A DNA stretch of 64,000 nucleotides from a candidate division FCPU426 bacterium (GTDB lineage Bacteria > Oederibacteriota > Muellerivitia > Muellerivitales > Muellerivitaceae): positions 1-64,000 of the forward strand of contig CAWHOE010000015.1 in NCBI GenBank assembly GCA_963830915.1, in the 5' to 3' direction. The notes under the pieces were generated by a model that worked only from the letters and a program-made list of their open reading frames with translations, was not told the DNA's origin and ran no database searches. The position numbers were made by a program, and so were the translations under genes. This document shows positions 43,301 to 52,688 of the stretch, one piece after another. Each line of letters starts with the position of its first letter. Position 1 is the first letter of the stretch.

Positions 43301-43925
43301 TGGCCCTGTTCCTGAATTCGGCGATCTTCTGATTGTCCAACAACGATCTCAGTGTGCTGTCAGGAATGAGGGATACCTTGGAAACCTCATGGGAGGTCCG
43401 GAACCCATCGAAGAAATGAAGGAACGGTATACGGGACTCGACCGAAGCGGCTTGGGTGATGGCGGCGAAATCCATGGCTTCCTGGACCGAGTTGGAGCAC
43501 ATCATGGCGAAACCCGTCGTCCGGCAAGCCATGACGTCGCTATGGTCGCCGAAGATGGAGAGGGCGTGATAGGCTAAGGCACGGGCGGTGACATGGAACA
43601 CGGAAGGGGTCAATTCACCCGCGATTTTGAACATGTTGGGGATCATGAGAAGCAGGCCCTGAGAGGCTGTGAAGGTGGTAGTGAAGGAACCGGTCTGGAG
43701 AGCGCCATGGGCGGCACCGGCGGCACCTCCCTCGGATTGCATCTCGACCACGGTAGGGACCACACCCCAAAGGTTGGCGCGGCCGGCAGCCGCCCATTCA
43801 TCACAGAATTCGGCCATGGGGGAAGAGGGGGTGATGGGATAGATGGAGACCACCTCGTTCATCCTAAAGGCGACGTGCGCTACCGCCTCATTGCCGTCTA
43901 CCGTCGTGATCATTGAATCGCTCAT
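40302..43925 (-). CDS. nifJ: Pyruvate:ferredoxin (flavodoxin) oxidoreductase
   Basis: Motifs 'YPITPSS', two CxxCxxCxxxCP clusters, 'GACGGCGE', 'GGDGWAYDIG'. Confidence 0.97.
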   Translation of the reverse strand: MSDSMITTVDGNEAVAHVAFRMNEVVSIYPITPSSPMAEFCDEWAAAGRANLWGVVPTVVEMQSEGGAAGAAHGALQTGSFTTTFTASQGLLLMIPNMFKIAGELTPSVFHVTARALAYHALSIFGDHSDVMACRTTGFAMMCSNSVQEAMDFAAITQAASVESRIPFLHFFDGFRTSHEVSKVSLIPDSTLRSLLDNQKIAEFRNRAMSPDHPVLRGTAQNPDVYFQGRERANSLYTQLPGIVQKAMDQFGKLEGRSYKIYEYYGAPDADRVVILMGSGAEAAHEAVDYALPKGEKVGILKVRLYRPFSAEAFVKALPTTVKTLAVLDRTKESGSLGEPLYLDVVTALNEVIATGKSTLKAMPRIIGGRYGLSSKEFTPAMVMGLFDHMKGAELKNHFTLGINEDLTNSSLTYDANLSVEPPEVKRALFYGLGSDGTVGANKNTIKIIGENTDFWTQGYFVYDSKKSGSMTTSHLRFGPKPIRSTYLINRADFVACHQPAFLNRFDMLKDLIPGGTFLLNTAFSVEEVWDQLPQKVQEHLIAKKAKLYVIDAYEVAKKAGMGSRINTIMQACYFALSGVLPREEAVEKIKKSIVKTYQKKGDKIVQANLEAVDTTLANLHEVKLDGKKAGKIPFKKVVPDNAPDFVKNVLARIIAGEGDQLPVSAFPLDGTFPTATALFEKRDIALEIPVWEEALCIQCAKCVVVCPHAVIRPKVYEPSLLKDAPPGFKTAVAKNRDWKGMNYTLQVAPEDCTGCGLCVEACPVKSKTETKVKAINMKPQPALVEQEAKNWEFFLSLPEADRTKINLGMVSQQQLQQPLFEFSGACGGCGETPYVKLVSQLFGDRMLVANATGCSSIYGGNLPTTPWAKNKEGRGPAWNNSLFEDNAEFGLGYRVSLDYQAKAAAIQLKKLEADLGKDLVESILNAVQKTDADIQAQRARVAELKDKLKGMAKQEAKDLISLADSLVKKSVWIMGGDGWAYDIGYGGLDHVLASGRNVNILVLDTEVYSNTGGQASKSTPKGAVAKFAAAGKPQGKKDLGLMAMTYGNVYVARIAMGANEGQVLKALQEAEAHDGPSIIIAYSHCIAHGYDLINGLKQQKAAVDSGQWVLYRYNPAKLQANENPLTVDSGALKISVKDYEMQENRFKMLTLSKPEEAKKYFEQTQADAQYRWNYYQYLSKLDPKLFQAGLAAVAQAAPAAPSAEGG

Positions 43926-44316
43926 GTCTGGCTCCTTGTACCATGCGCCGGGTTCACCGGCTTTTTCCTATTCATTAAAAAGGTCGGGGCTGGCCCGACC
44001 TGGAAAGAACTTCCCCGGCGAACGAACGCCGGTATGGCTACCGCGGGTGGTATTCTCAGTCTTTGAGTTGAATATCCTTATGACCTTCATCACATTTCTT
44101 TTCGCGCGCGGTTACAAAAACGTGACTGGAAAACAAAAAATTAAACGCCGGGTTTTTCGATAAAAGGCGGAACAATCGGCGGGACAAATAGCCGGAAGGA
44201 CAAAATTAGTACGCGATTTTTTTATGGGTTTTGTTTTTCGAGAAAAAAGACAGTCTGTTATTTATTATTCGAAAGAATTTTTCGGATGAACATCGATTGT
44301 GAGGATGAGGAGTGGA

Positions 44317-45276
44317 TCACAAACTGTCGGAAGGACCGTCCCCCTCGAACTCCTCTTCCATACTGAAGTATCGTTCTCCCATATCGCAACAGATGGTGAC
44401 GACCCTGGCCTCTGGCCCAAATTTCCGGGAGATCCTCAGCGCCGCCGAGACATTCGCGCCGGAGGAAATACCCAATAATAAACCTTCCTCTTTAGCCAGC
44501 CTTTTGGTCATCTCATAGGCCTCGCGATCAGAAACCTTCACGATCTCATCCATCACCTGGCGGTTCAGGACAGGAGGAACAAAACCTGCGCCAATGCCCT
44601 GGATACGATGCTGGCCCGGCGGGTTACCCGAAAGGACCGCCGAAGCTGAAGGTTCGACCCCCACGATCAGGACCTTGTGATCTTTCGCCTTGAAATACTC
44701 GCCCACTCCCGTGATGGTCCCGCCTGTTCCGATTCCTGCCACGAAGGCGTCCAGTTTGCCTTCCGTGTCCTTTTCGATCTCGGGCGCGGTGGTTTTCTTG
44801 TGGGCCTCGGGATTGGCCCGGTTGGAGAATTGCTCGGGCATGAAATACTCCGGATTCGCCTTTTTGATCTCCTGGGCCCTCTGGATGGCCTCGGTCATCA
44901 ACCCTTTGGCCTGGGTCAGGATCAATTCGGCCCCATAGGCCTTCAGTAAAACCCTTCGTTCCTGGCTCATATCTTCCGGCATGACCAGGATCAGCCTGTA
45001 ACCCCGATGGGCGCAAACCAAGGCTAGGCCGATCCCCGTATTGCCGCTGGTGGGCTCCACTACCGTGCCCCCCTTCTTCAACAGGCCCTTTTGCTCCGCG
45101 TCCTGGATCATGGCCAGGGCGATCCGGTCCTTCAGACTGCCCCCTGGGTTGAAGAGTTCCAGTTTACAAAGGATCTGGGCGTGGTCCTTTTCTGGGATGC
45201 TGTGTAGACGAAGCATAGGGGTATTGCCGATCAATTGGATGATATCGGGAACCAGCGGATAACGGTTGAATCTCAT
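44317..45276 (-). CDS. cysK: Cysteine synthase
   Basis: Motifs 'NPGGSLKDR', 'PTSGNTG', 'GTGGT', 'HRIQGIG'. Confidence 0.93.
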   Translation of the reverse strand: MRFNRYPLVPDIIQLIGNTPMLRLHSIPEKDHAQILCKLELFNPGGSLKDRIALAMIQDAEQKGLLKKGGTVVEPTSGNTGIGLALVCAHRGYRLILVMPEDMSQERRVLLKAYGAELILTQAKGLMTEAIQRAQEIKKANPEYFMPEQFSNRANPEAHKKTTAPEIEKDTEGKLDAFVAGIGTGGTITGVGEYFKAKDHKVLIVGVEPSASAVLSGNPPGQHRIQGIGAGFVPPVLNRQVMDEIVKVSDREAYEMTKRLAKEEGLLLGISSGANVSAALRISRKFGPEARVVTICCDMGERYFSMEEEFEGDGPSDSL

Positions 45277-45941
45277 GGCGTGATGACGGCCCCTTCATCC
45301 ATCAGATGAACGGGACACTTATAAGAAGGTGAGACATTATGGCGGAAGGAAAATCCGGACTTCATTGAAGTGACCCCAACCTTGTTCTCCAAAGGCGAAC
45401 CTTCCCCCAGGAGTATCTTCAGGGCCTCGGACGCGGCCGCGGCTCCCAGAACACGTTGGACCGCCTTTTCCGCATTGTTGAAGGACTTCGGGTTCAGGGT
45501 CTCGAAACATTCCAGGCAGGGGCACTTCCCTCCCTGATGCTTGCTATAGAAAACACCGAAACCGCTTCCCAGTGGCCAGGCGTACAGGGCCGCTTGGTTT
45601 TGGCGACGGGCGAGCCTGCTCATCTTTCGGCGGAATGAGGAGTGCTCGGTAACAACAAGATAAAGGGAGGCGGAAGGCGCCCTTTCAATGGAAGGGTCCA
45701 GCGCCTGAATCTGAAGATCGGGATTTTGGGAAACGAAAGAGGAAGGATCGAAAATGACCTGGCTGAGGATATAGAACTTATTTACGCCGCTGGTGGATAG
45801 GGCTGTCAGCGCCGACTCAAAGGCGGTGCTTTCCCCTGCCAAGAGGACCGTGGCTTGGCCCCACTTTTTCTGACCTTCCTCTCCCACACCCGGCAATAGT
45901 ACCTGCCGGCTATAGCGTTGGTCGGGGCCTGGGCCTTCCAT
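45273..45941 (-). CDS. Degenerate ThiF/MoeB-like protein (RYSRQ retained, nucleotide-binding motifs lost)
   Basis: 'RYSRQVLLPGVGEEGQ', then 'LAGESTA' in place of GxGGLG, no SNLxRQ, with 'CLEC' and 'CPVH' present. Confidence 0.75.
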   Translation of the reverse strand: MEGPGPDQRYSRQVLLPGVGEEGQKKWGQATVLLAGESTAFESALTALSTSGVNKFYILSQVIFDPSSFVSQNPDLQIQALDPSIERAPSASLYLVVTEHSSFRRKMSRLARRQNQAALYAWPLGSGFGVFYSKHQGGKCPCLECFETLNPKSFNNAEKAVQRVLGAAAASEALKILLGEGSPLENKVGVTSMKSGFSFRHNVSPSYKCPVHLMDEGAVITP

Positions 45942-45943
45942 CT

Positions 45944-46189
45944 TTATTCGACGATGTCTTTTTCGATTGGATTGACCTCGACCCCTTGGGCCGTCAGGTC
46001 ATTAAGCGCCCGCTTGACTTCCTTTTCATCGCCATCGATCTCCATTTGGATATAACCGAAATCCTTCCCAATGGAAGCCCTGCGAAGGTTCACAACGATG
46101 TCATATTTTTTGATCATCTTGGAAAGGACGGGCTGAGTCACGAGGTTGGCCGGAAAATCCAGCTCGATGAGTTTTTTAAGGTCGGTCAT
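45944..46189 (-). CDS. Stand-alone NIL-domain protein
   Basis: Motif 'L.FP..LVTQPVLSKMIKKYDIVVNLRRASI..G'. Confidence 0.8.
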   Translation of the reverse strand: MTDLKKLIELDFPANLVTQPVLSKMIKKYDIVVNLRRASIGKDFGYIQMEIDGDEKEVKRALNDLTAQGVEVNPIEKDIVE

Positions 46190-46206
46190 GAGAGGCTCCT
46201 AAAGGG

Positions 46207-46488
46207 TCAGGAAAGACCGCCGGCGATGGCCGGCACGATGGAAACCTGGTCTCCCGCCTTGACGACGGTCGCGTCCCCCTGCAGGAAACGGATATCTTCC
46301 TCGTTCAGGTAAATATTGACGAACCGGCGGATCTTGCCGTTCTCGTCGCAGAGACGGTCCTTTAAACCCTTGTGGTTCTTGCCCAAGTCCTCGATCAGGT
46401 CCTTGACGGTGGCGCCCTCGGCGGAGACTTCCGCCTGGTTATTGGTCAGGTTTCGCAAAGGGGTGGGTATCAATACTTTAACGGCCAT
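46207..46488 (-). CDS. MoaD/ThiS-family ubiquitin-like sulfur carrier
   Basis: Motifs 'V.IPTPLR', '[15 protein letters not shown]', 'VPAIAGG-LS'. Confidence 0.92.
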   Translation of the reverse strand: MAVKVLIPTPLRNLTNNQAEVSAEGATVKDLIEDLGKNHKGLKDRLCDENGKIRRFVNIYLNEEDIRFLQGDATVVKAGDQVSIVPAIAGGLS

Positions 46489-46571
46489 GAAATTCCTCCT
46501 GAAATGGGGATGACCCGCTGAATTATGACTGAAAAGGCCCGGATATTTCCAGAGGAAAAACCCCTGAAATA

Positions 46572-48215
46572 TTACCGGGTCGGGATGGGCGTGAGGTTGG
46601 GCATGAAAATGCCGACCGGATCCTTAGCCTTGGCTTTGACCCGAGGATCCCCGTCCTTTTCCAGGATGGTCAGTTCGGTATCCAATCGGTTCAGGACGAA
46701 GCTCCGGAAACCCCCGAAATGGAGATAGAGGGCCATGACCGAGACGGCGTCGCGAATGACCAGCGGATTCTTGATCAGGCAGGTCCATAGGACCTTCCAG
46801 AAATAAGGGCGGGTGGCCTTCGGGATGCCGAGCTTGACGCATAGCTTGGCGAAAGCTTTCAAGTCCCGGAGTTTATGGCGCAAGGGGATGTTCAGGTGCT
46901 TCTTTTTGCAATCCATCATCAGGGCCATCCTCAGGACCCGGCCGAAATACTTCTCGGGGGTGAGGGTTTCCTTGACGACGCGGTAGAAGTCCTGAAGGAT
47001 CTCGACCCTGGGCCGGAGGGTGACGAAGTTCAGCCCCGCCACGCATTGGCAGGCCGTGTCATCCGGCGGGATCTCAAAGGAATTGTCCAAACGCTGTTCT
47101 TTTTGAAGGCGGCGGGTCAGTTGGGTATTGGGAAGGGCGAATAAAAGGCCCACCATGTTCACGGGAACGGCGGTAGCCTCGATATTGTCCAGGATTGCCT
47201 GGGCCACATTGGCCTTTTCCCCGTCGAATCCTACGATATACCCGGCATTCACGATCATTCCATAGCTCATGATCTTGCGGATACTGTCGGCGATGGAGCG
47301 GTGTGTGTTCTGGCGTTTCTGGGTCATTTTCAGGGTGTCTTCGTCGGGGGTTTCGATGCCGACGAAAAGCCAGGTGAACCCGGCTTCCTGCATTAGCTTC
47401 ATCAAGTCCTCGTCATCGGCCAGGTTCATCGAGGCCTCGGTGGAAAACTCGAAAGGCCACTTGTGATCCTTGCACCATTGGATGATATCGGGCAATAGCA
47501 GTTTGACGGCCTTTTTATTACCAATGAAATTGTCGTCCACGATGTCCACATGGCCTCTGTAGCCTAATTCATAAAGGAAATCCAGCTCGGCCTTGACCTG
47601 GGCGAAGCTCTTTCCTCGGGGAACCCGGCCGAAGAGCTCAATGATGTCGCAGAACTCGCACATGAAAGGACAGCCGCGGTTCCATTGGATGCCAACGTGG
47701 AGGTAATTGTCGAACTTCAGCAGGTCAAAACGGGGACGGGGGCTGGTGGCCATATCGGCTTTGCGGTCAGCCGCTAGATAGCTGTGCTTGGCCTCGCCTT
47801 TGAGAAAATCCGCCAAGAATTCTGGCATAGTGACCTCGGCCTCACCCAGGATCAAATGGTCGGCCTTGTCATAGAGATGGGGGCTGGAAGTGGCATCCGG
47901 ACCGCCGACAACGACCTTCTTGCCGAGGGCTTTAAAACGATCGATCCATTTCAGGTGGTCTGGTTGTTGGGAGATCATTCCCCCCATAAAGATCATATCG
48001 GCCCATTCAACATCCTTATTGTCGAGTTCTTGGGCATTCAGGTCTGTCAGACGGACTTCCCACTCTGGGGGAAGCATGGCGGCTACAGTGATCAGGCCCA
48101 ATGGAGCGGCGGGGTACTTGGCTCCTACGAGTTCGCAGGTAGCCCTATAATTCCAGAAGGATTGAGACGTGAAACGTGGATAAACGAACAAACAACGGGG
48201 AGAACTGGTTGACAC
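46572..48215 (-). CDS. B12-binding radical SAM protein (DUF4070-type C-terminus)
   Basis: Motifs 'PLGLITVAA', '[10 protein letters not shown]', 'VDDNFIGN', 'FVGIET'. Confidence 0.9.
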   Translation of the reverse strand: MSTSSPRCLFVYPRFTSQSFWNYRATCELVGAKYPAAPLGLITVAAMLPPEWEVRLTDLNAQELDNKDVEWADMIFMGGMISQQPDHLKWIDRFKALGKKVVVGGPDATSSPHLYDKADHLILGEAEVTMPEFLADFLKGEAKHSYLAADRKADMATSPRPRFDLLKFDNYLHVGIQWNRGCPFMCEFCDIIELFGRVPRGKSFAQVKAELDFLYELGYRGHVDIVDDNFIGNKKAVKLLLPDIIQWCKDHKWPFEFSTEASMNLADDEDLMKLMQEAGFTWLFVGIETPDEDTLKMTQKRQNTHRSIADSIRKIMSYGMIVNAGYIVGFDGEKANVAQAILDNIEATAVPVNMVGLLFALPNTQLTRRLQKEQRLDNSFEIPPDDTACQCVAGLNFVTLRPRVEILQDFYRVVKETLTPEKYFGRVLRMALMMDCKKKHLNIPLRHKLRDLKAFAKLCVKLGIPKATRPYFWKVLWTCLIKNPLVIRDAVSVMALYLHFGGFRSFVLNRLDTELTILEKDGDPRVKAKAKDPVGIFMPNLTPIPTR

Positions 48216-48551
48216 AAAAAGGTCCTTTCACGATGGTCGAGGTAGGAAATCTCTCAGGCGTGAGAAATGATGGTTCAGGCATGAAAACAACTCTCTAACC
48301 AATTTTTTTAGTGGGGTCATTATATGCTTAAACATTAGGAATTTCCTTAAAATCGGCCAAATTAAACCATTGGAAACATTGGCTTTATCAGGAATAGGGA
48401 TTATTTTTGCATGGAATTTACCTCGGTTTTCAGAACTCCGAAATCGTTTCAAAGTATTAGGATGACCATCACTGAGGTATTTCGATCGGTTTTGTTGCCA
48501 ACCTTGGTCATTTAAAATAAGCTTCATCCATATCGCTTGAGGGAAAACACC

Positions 48552-49538
48552 ATGAAAAAAAGAAAATTAGGCAAACAAGGGTTGGAAGTTTCAGAATTAG
48601 GGTTGGGTTGTATGGGAATGAGCTTTGCCTATGGAAAAGCGGAAGAAGCCGAATCCTTGCGGGTCTTGAGCCGTTCCCTGGAACTTGGCATTGATTTTTG
48701 GGACACAGCCGAATCCTATGGACCTTTATTGAACGAGGAGTTGTTGGGCAAAGCCCTGAAAGGCAATAGGGCGAAAGTCGTCCTGGCCACCAAATTCGCA
48801 TGGAAGGACGGGAAAGTAGGGGTCGATACTTTGGATGGTTCCCCCGCCAACGCCCGTAGGGCCGTGGAGGGATCCCTCAAACGCCTGCAGACCGACCACA
48901 TCGATCTCCTTTATCTCCACCGAAAAGACCCAAAAACCCCCATCGAGGAAACGGTGGGAGGCATGGCCCAATTGGTCAAGGACGGCAAGGTCAAATACCT
49001 GGGGCTCAGCGAAGTGGGTCCCCAGACATTGCGGAAAGCACATTCCGTCCATCCCATCAGCGCCCTGCAAAGCGAGTATTCACTCTGGGAAACCAGTTTG
49101 GAGGAAAGGATCCTTCCGGTCCTGCGGGAACTGGGGATCGGCTTAGTGCCCTTCAGCCCGGTGGGCCGGGGCTTCTTGACCGGACAGATCAAGCGTTTTG
49201 AGGATATCCCCGAGGGTGATATGCGGCGAAATCTCCCCAGGTTTCAACCTGGGAATTTCGAGCAGAACATGAGACTGGTGGAAGAAGTCACCCGGCTGGC
49301 CCAGTCCAAAAAGGCCACCCCTTCCCAGATCGCCCTGGCCTGGCTTCTTCGCCAAGGTGACGACGTGGCGCCCATCCCCGGCACCACCCGGGTCCATCAT
49401 CTGGAGGAGAACGCCCAAGCGGCGACTCTGTCCCTTTCGCCCGAAAACCTCGCGGGCATCGAGCGTATCCTATCGAACTTCAAGGTTCAGGGGGCGCGCT
49501 ACGGCGAGATGATGCAAAAGCTTGTCAACTTGGATTGA
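48552..49538 (+). CDS. Aldo/keto reductase
   Basis: Motifs 'GLGCMGMS', 'DTAESYG', 'ATKF', 'IDLLYLHR', 'PIPGT'. Confidence 0.95.
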   Translation: MKKRKLGKQGLEVSELGLGCMGMSFAYGKAEEAESLRVLSRSLELGIDFWDTAESYGPLLNEELLGKALKGNRAKVVLATKFAWKDGKVGVDTLDGSPANARRAVEGSLKRLQTDHIDLLYLHRKDPKTPIEETVGGMAQLVKDGKVKYLGLSEVGPQTLRKAHSVHPISALQSEYSLWETSLEERILPVLRELGIGLVPFSPVGRGFLTGQIKRFEDIPEGDMRRNLPRFQPGNFEQNMRLVEEVTRLAQSKKATPSQIALAWLLRQGDDVAPIPGTTRVHHLEENAQAATLSLSPENLAGIERILSNFKVQGARYGEMMQKLVNLD

Positions 49539-49572
49539 AGACCCGGGGCCCTTTTCGACGACCCTTCCAGGC

Positions 49573-51057
49573 TTACTTGAGGTCCTGGGACCTGTCGGAA
49601 AGTATCTTGAAATTGGCCATGATCTCGTCGGTGGCTTGTTTGGCTTTTTGAGCGTCGATAACGACGGTCGATCCAAAGTATGCCAGGTCGTCCACGTCGA
49701 TCACATCCATATTCCCCATGGGGTGATCGAAGGCGTCGATCAGATCCTTCATTTCATGGATGGTCTTTCCATTGACCTTTTTCACGATCACATTGTTCAA
49801 CCGCTCATAGCCTTTATTGATCTCATGGGGAAGCACGTGAGTGAGCAATACAACCTGTTTGGTTTCCGGCGAGGGGAGACCGTGGACGTATAGGTCCCTC
49901 AATTCCGGTTTGAAATATTTCCACTCCACTGTCTGGAAATAATTGCCGGTCAGCGGGGTGAATACGAATCCCGCGACCATGTAATAGGTCGGATGGCGGT
50001 TATCCTCGCGATAAGGGACCAGGCAGGAAAGGGGCTTCAAAGGCACCTTGACCTTCATTTTTTGGCCGTCCCTTAAAATATCCAATGAAACCACTTCCCC
50101 CACCGCGTGGAGCGGGAACAGGTAATACCAGTTCACCCTTTCGGATTTCTGCTGGGTGACATATCCCTCGTTATCGATGGCGTAACCATCGAAGGATTGC
50201 AACACATCCCCTTCTTTGAGCAGGCCATCGGCCGAACTGCCGTAAAGGACCTTGGATACGATCACTCCCGTCTGATCGGCCGGGATCTTGTAAAAATCCC
50301 TTAAAGTAGGATTGACTAGGTCTTGGGTGAATACACCCATATCAGGGAAACCGACGTAAGGCTTCCCGTCCTGAATGTCCTTGAAGAAGGTCCGAATGAG
50401 GTTGATGGGAAGGATATAGCCCTTCTTGTCCGAACCCGAAACGCTCAAGGGCATCCCGACCAGTTTCCCCCGGCTGAAGACTGGACAGCCATTGTTCTTG
50501 GCGTCGATGGAGGAATCGGTCATCAGGACCGGCATATAACGGGCAGCGTCCCACACCCAGACCACATCCAGGCCAGAAACGGTATCCTCCTTCACAGCCA
50601 GCTCTTCCCCGCCGTGGACGATCACCTTGTCCCCTTTGGTTGGAACATCCCCGAAATCGACCGGTTCGGTATCCTTGAAGAAATCCTGGTCCGATACGCT
50701 GAGGATAGCCAAGTCCATATCGAATCCCGACTGCTCCACTTTGGCCACATAACGTTTGGTCTCGCCGAATTTCTCCAATTCGATGAAATTACCTTTGTTC
50801 ACGTTATGGGCCAGCGTGAGGATCTTTTTGCCCGGGAGGACGCATCCGCACCCCTCCACGGAGGACTGGGACCCCGCCTTCCAGGGCTCGAAGAAATCGA
50901 CGTTCTGGGTGGTGGTGAATACCTTGACCACGGACTTTTTCAGGTCCTTAGTGTGGCCCCATCGCCAGGAAGGGATGGACAACATCAGGATCAGGTAGGC
51001 CAAAAAAATCAGGCCTAACCCCAGTAGGAACTTTTGTTTGAGGGAAAGGTTCTTCAA
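49573..51057 (-). CDS. Deg/HtrA-like trypsin-PDZ protein with the catalytic Ser replaced
   Basis: Paralogue of the upstream gene; 'IDAKNNGCPV' stands in place of 'INPGNSGGPV'. Confidence 0.82.
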   Translation of the reverse strand: MKNLSLKQKFLLGLGLIFLAYLILMLSIPSWRWGHTKDLKKSVVKVFTTTQNVDFFEPWKAGSQSSVEGCGCVLPGKKILTLAHNVNKGNFIELEKFGETKRYVAKVEQSGFDMDLAILSVSDQDFFKDTEPVDFGDVPTKGDKVIVHGGEELAVKEDTVSGLDVVWVWDAARYMPVLMTDSSIDAKNNGCPVFSRGKLVGMPLSVSGSDKKGYILPINLIRTFFKDIQDGKPYVGFPDMGVFTQDLVNPTLRDFYKIPADQTGVIVSKVLYGSSADGLLKEGDVLQSFDGYAIDNEGYVTQQKSERVNWYYLFPLHAVGEVVSLDILRDGQKMKVKVPLKPLSCLVPYREDNRHPTYYMVAGFVFTPLTGNYFQTVEWKYFKPELRDLYVHGLPSPETKQVVLLTHVLPHEINKGYERLNNVIVKKVNGKTIHEMKDLIDAFDHPMGNMDVIDVDDLAYFGSTVVIDAQKAKQATDEIMANFKILSDRSQDLK

Positions 51058-52565
51058 TGGCTTGCTCCCTTCAGGTCAGCGGACCTATCTTCAGGGATCT
51101 CATTCAACTTCAAAATTTCATCCGAAGCCTTTTTGGATTTGTTGGCGTCCAGGATGATATGGTCGATCACGTTCTCGGGACTTTCCACTTCCACGATGTG
51201 CCGTCCCCCGACCGGTTTCTCGAAGGCGGCTAGGAGGTCCTTCATCTCGGTGATAGGGATCCCGTTGACCTTGCGGACCACCACATTGGTGTAGTCGTGA
51301 CCGTAACCCTTGTTGATCTCGTGGTTGAGGATATGGCTAAGCAGCACCACCTGTTTGCGGTCCTCGGTCGGGGTCTGGTTCAACAGGACCAGGAAATCGG
51401 GGGCGGGATCCTTCACCGAGCGCAGGTAATTCATGGTCAAGGGGGTGAAGACCAACCCATCGAATATGAAATAGGTAGGGGCCACGTCGTATTCGATGTC
51501 AGGAACGAGGCGGACATCCTCTTTCAAGGTGATCTTCAGGGTCTGGACCTGGCCTTGACGAAGGATCTTGAGCGGGATGGAGTCCCCCAACCCATGCAAA
51601 CAAAGTGGATAACGGAAATGGACCCTTTCACCCTTTCGGAACGGGATCGTCCCATCATTCCCGACGGGATAACCGTCGATAGAGAGGAGTACATCGTTGG
51701 GTTGTAGGACATTCCAAGCGGAGGATTGCCACACGATCTTTGGCACCAATATCCCCGTTTGATCTGATTTCATACCCAGATAGGCCCTCAGGTCGTCGTT
51801 CTCCAGGTTTTCCCAGAACAGGCCCAGGGAAGGAACACTGTGATAGGCGCCAGCCTTGATCTCCTTCAAGAATCGCTTGATGATCGGAACAGGGATCAAG
51901 AAACCGGTGTTTTGGGCCACGATCGCGTTGTATCCCTGGAAGGCCACACCGACCATTTTCTTTTTCATGAAGACCGGGCCCCCGCTATTACCCGGGTTAA
52001 TGGCAGCGTCGGTCTGGACCGCCAGGAGGTTCCTCATGGAATGGGCGTAAGGGACGATCTCAATGCGGGAAACCACGCCTTCCGTGATGGACAGGTTTTC
52101 CCCGCCGACGGGATAACCATAAACCTGGACGCTGTCCTTCAGATAAGGCAAGCCCCCGAAGGTGACTGGTTTGGTGCCTTTGAAGAAGGCCGGATCATCC
52201 ACCGAAAGGACCGCCAGGTCGCAATCATGCGCCACGAACTCCCTTTTGGCGGTGTACTTTTTGGTGTCCCCTTCCTTGAGGACTTGGATGAATATCTGGT
52301 TGGAAACCACATGGGCGTTGGTGAGGATACGGTGACCGGGAAGAATACAGCCGCTTCCGCTGACCGAGATCTGGGAATCGATCCTCCAGGGTTCGTAATA
52401 GTTGGGGTTCTGCATGGTCGTGAAGATCTTGACCAGGGATTTCTTCAGGGAATCGTTACCTGCGGCAATGGCCGTCCCTGTGATGGAAAAATGGAGCAAC
52501 ACCACAAAGACACCGAGGGACAAAACTTTGACGCGCGATGATCGAGAGGAACACGAAAATTTCAT
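51054..52565 (-). CDS. Deg/HtrA-like serine protease with PDZ domains
   Basis: Complete triad: 'TNAHVV', 'CDLAVL', 'AINPGNSGGP'. Confidence 0.92.
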   Translation of the reverse strand: MKFSCSSRSSRVKVLSLGVFVVLLHFSITGTAIAAGNDSLKKSLVKIFTTMQNPNYYEPWRIDSQISVSGSGCILPGHRILTNAHVVSNQIFIQVLKEGDTKKYTAKREFVAHDCDLAVLSVDDPAFFKGTKPVTFGGLPYLKDSVQVYGYPVGGENLSITEGVVSRIEIVPYAHSMRNLLAVQTDAAINPGNSGGPVFMKKKMVGVAFQGYNAIVAQNTGFLIPVPIIKRFLKEIKAGAYHSVPSLGLFWENLENDDLRAYLGMKSDQTGILVPKIVWQSSAWNVLQPNDVLLSIDGYPVGNDGTIPFRKGERVHFRYPLCLHGLGDSIPLKILRQGQVQTLKITLKEDVRLVPDIEYDVAPTYFIFDGLVFTPLTMNYLRSVKDPAPDFLVLLNQTPTEDRKQVVLLSHILNHEINKGYGHDYTNVVVRKVNGIPITEMKDLLAAFEKPVGGRHIVEVESPENVIDHIILDANKSKKASDEILKLNEIPEDRSADLKGASH

Positions 52566-52688
52566 ATATTGTTATCCATCTTTTAAAAAGGTATTCGACT
52601 TCAACCATTACAAAAAGCCTTATAAGCACTTGTATAATAACAACTGGATAGCTTATGGGGAACCATGAGCGAGGCTATTTATTTTGAG

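Noticed and set aside
31495..46488. Ubiquitin-like antiphage system (CBASS- or Bil-type)
   Set aside because: No E2, JAMM or CD-NTase gene is present, and the cysK/NIL/SAM-riboswitch context points to sulfur metabolism.
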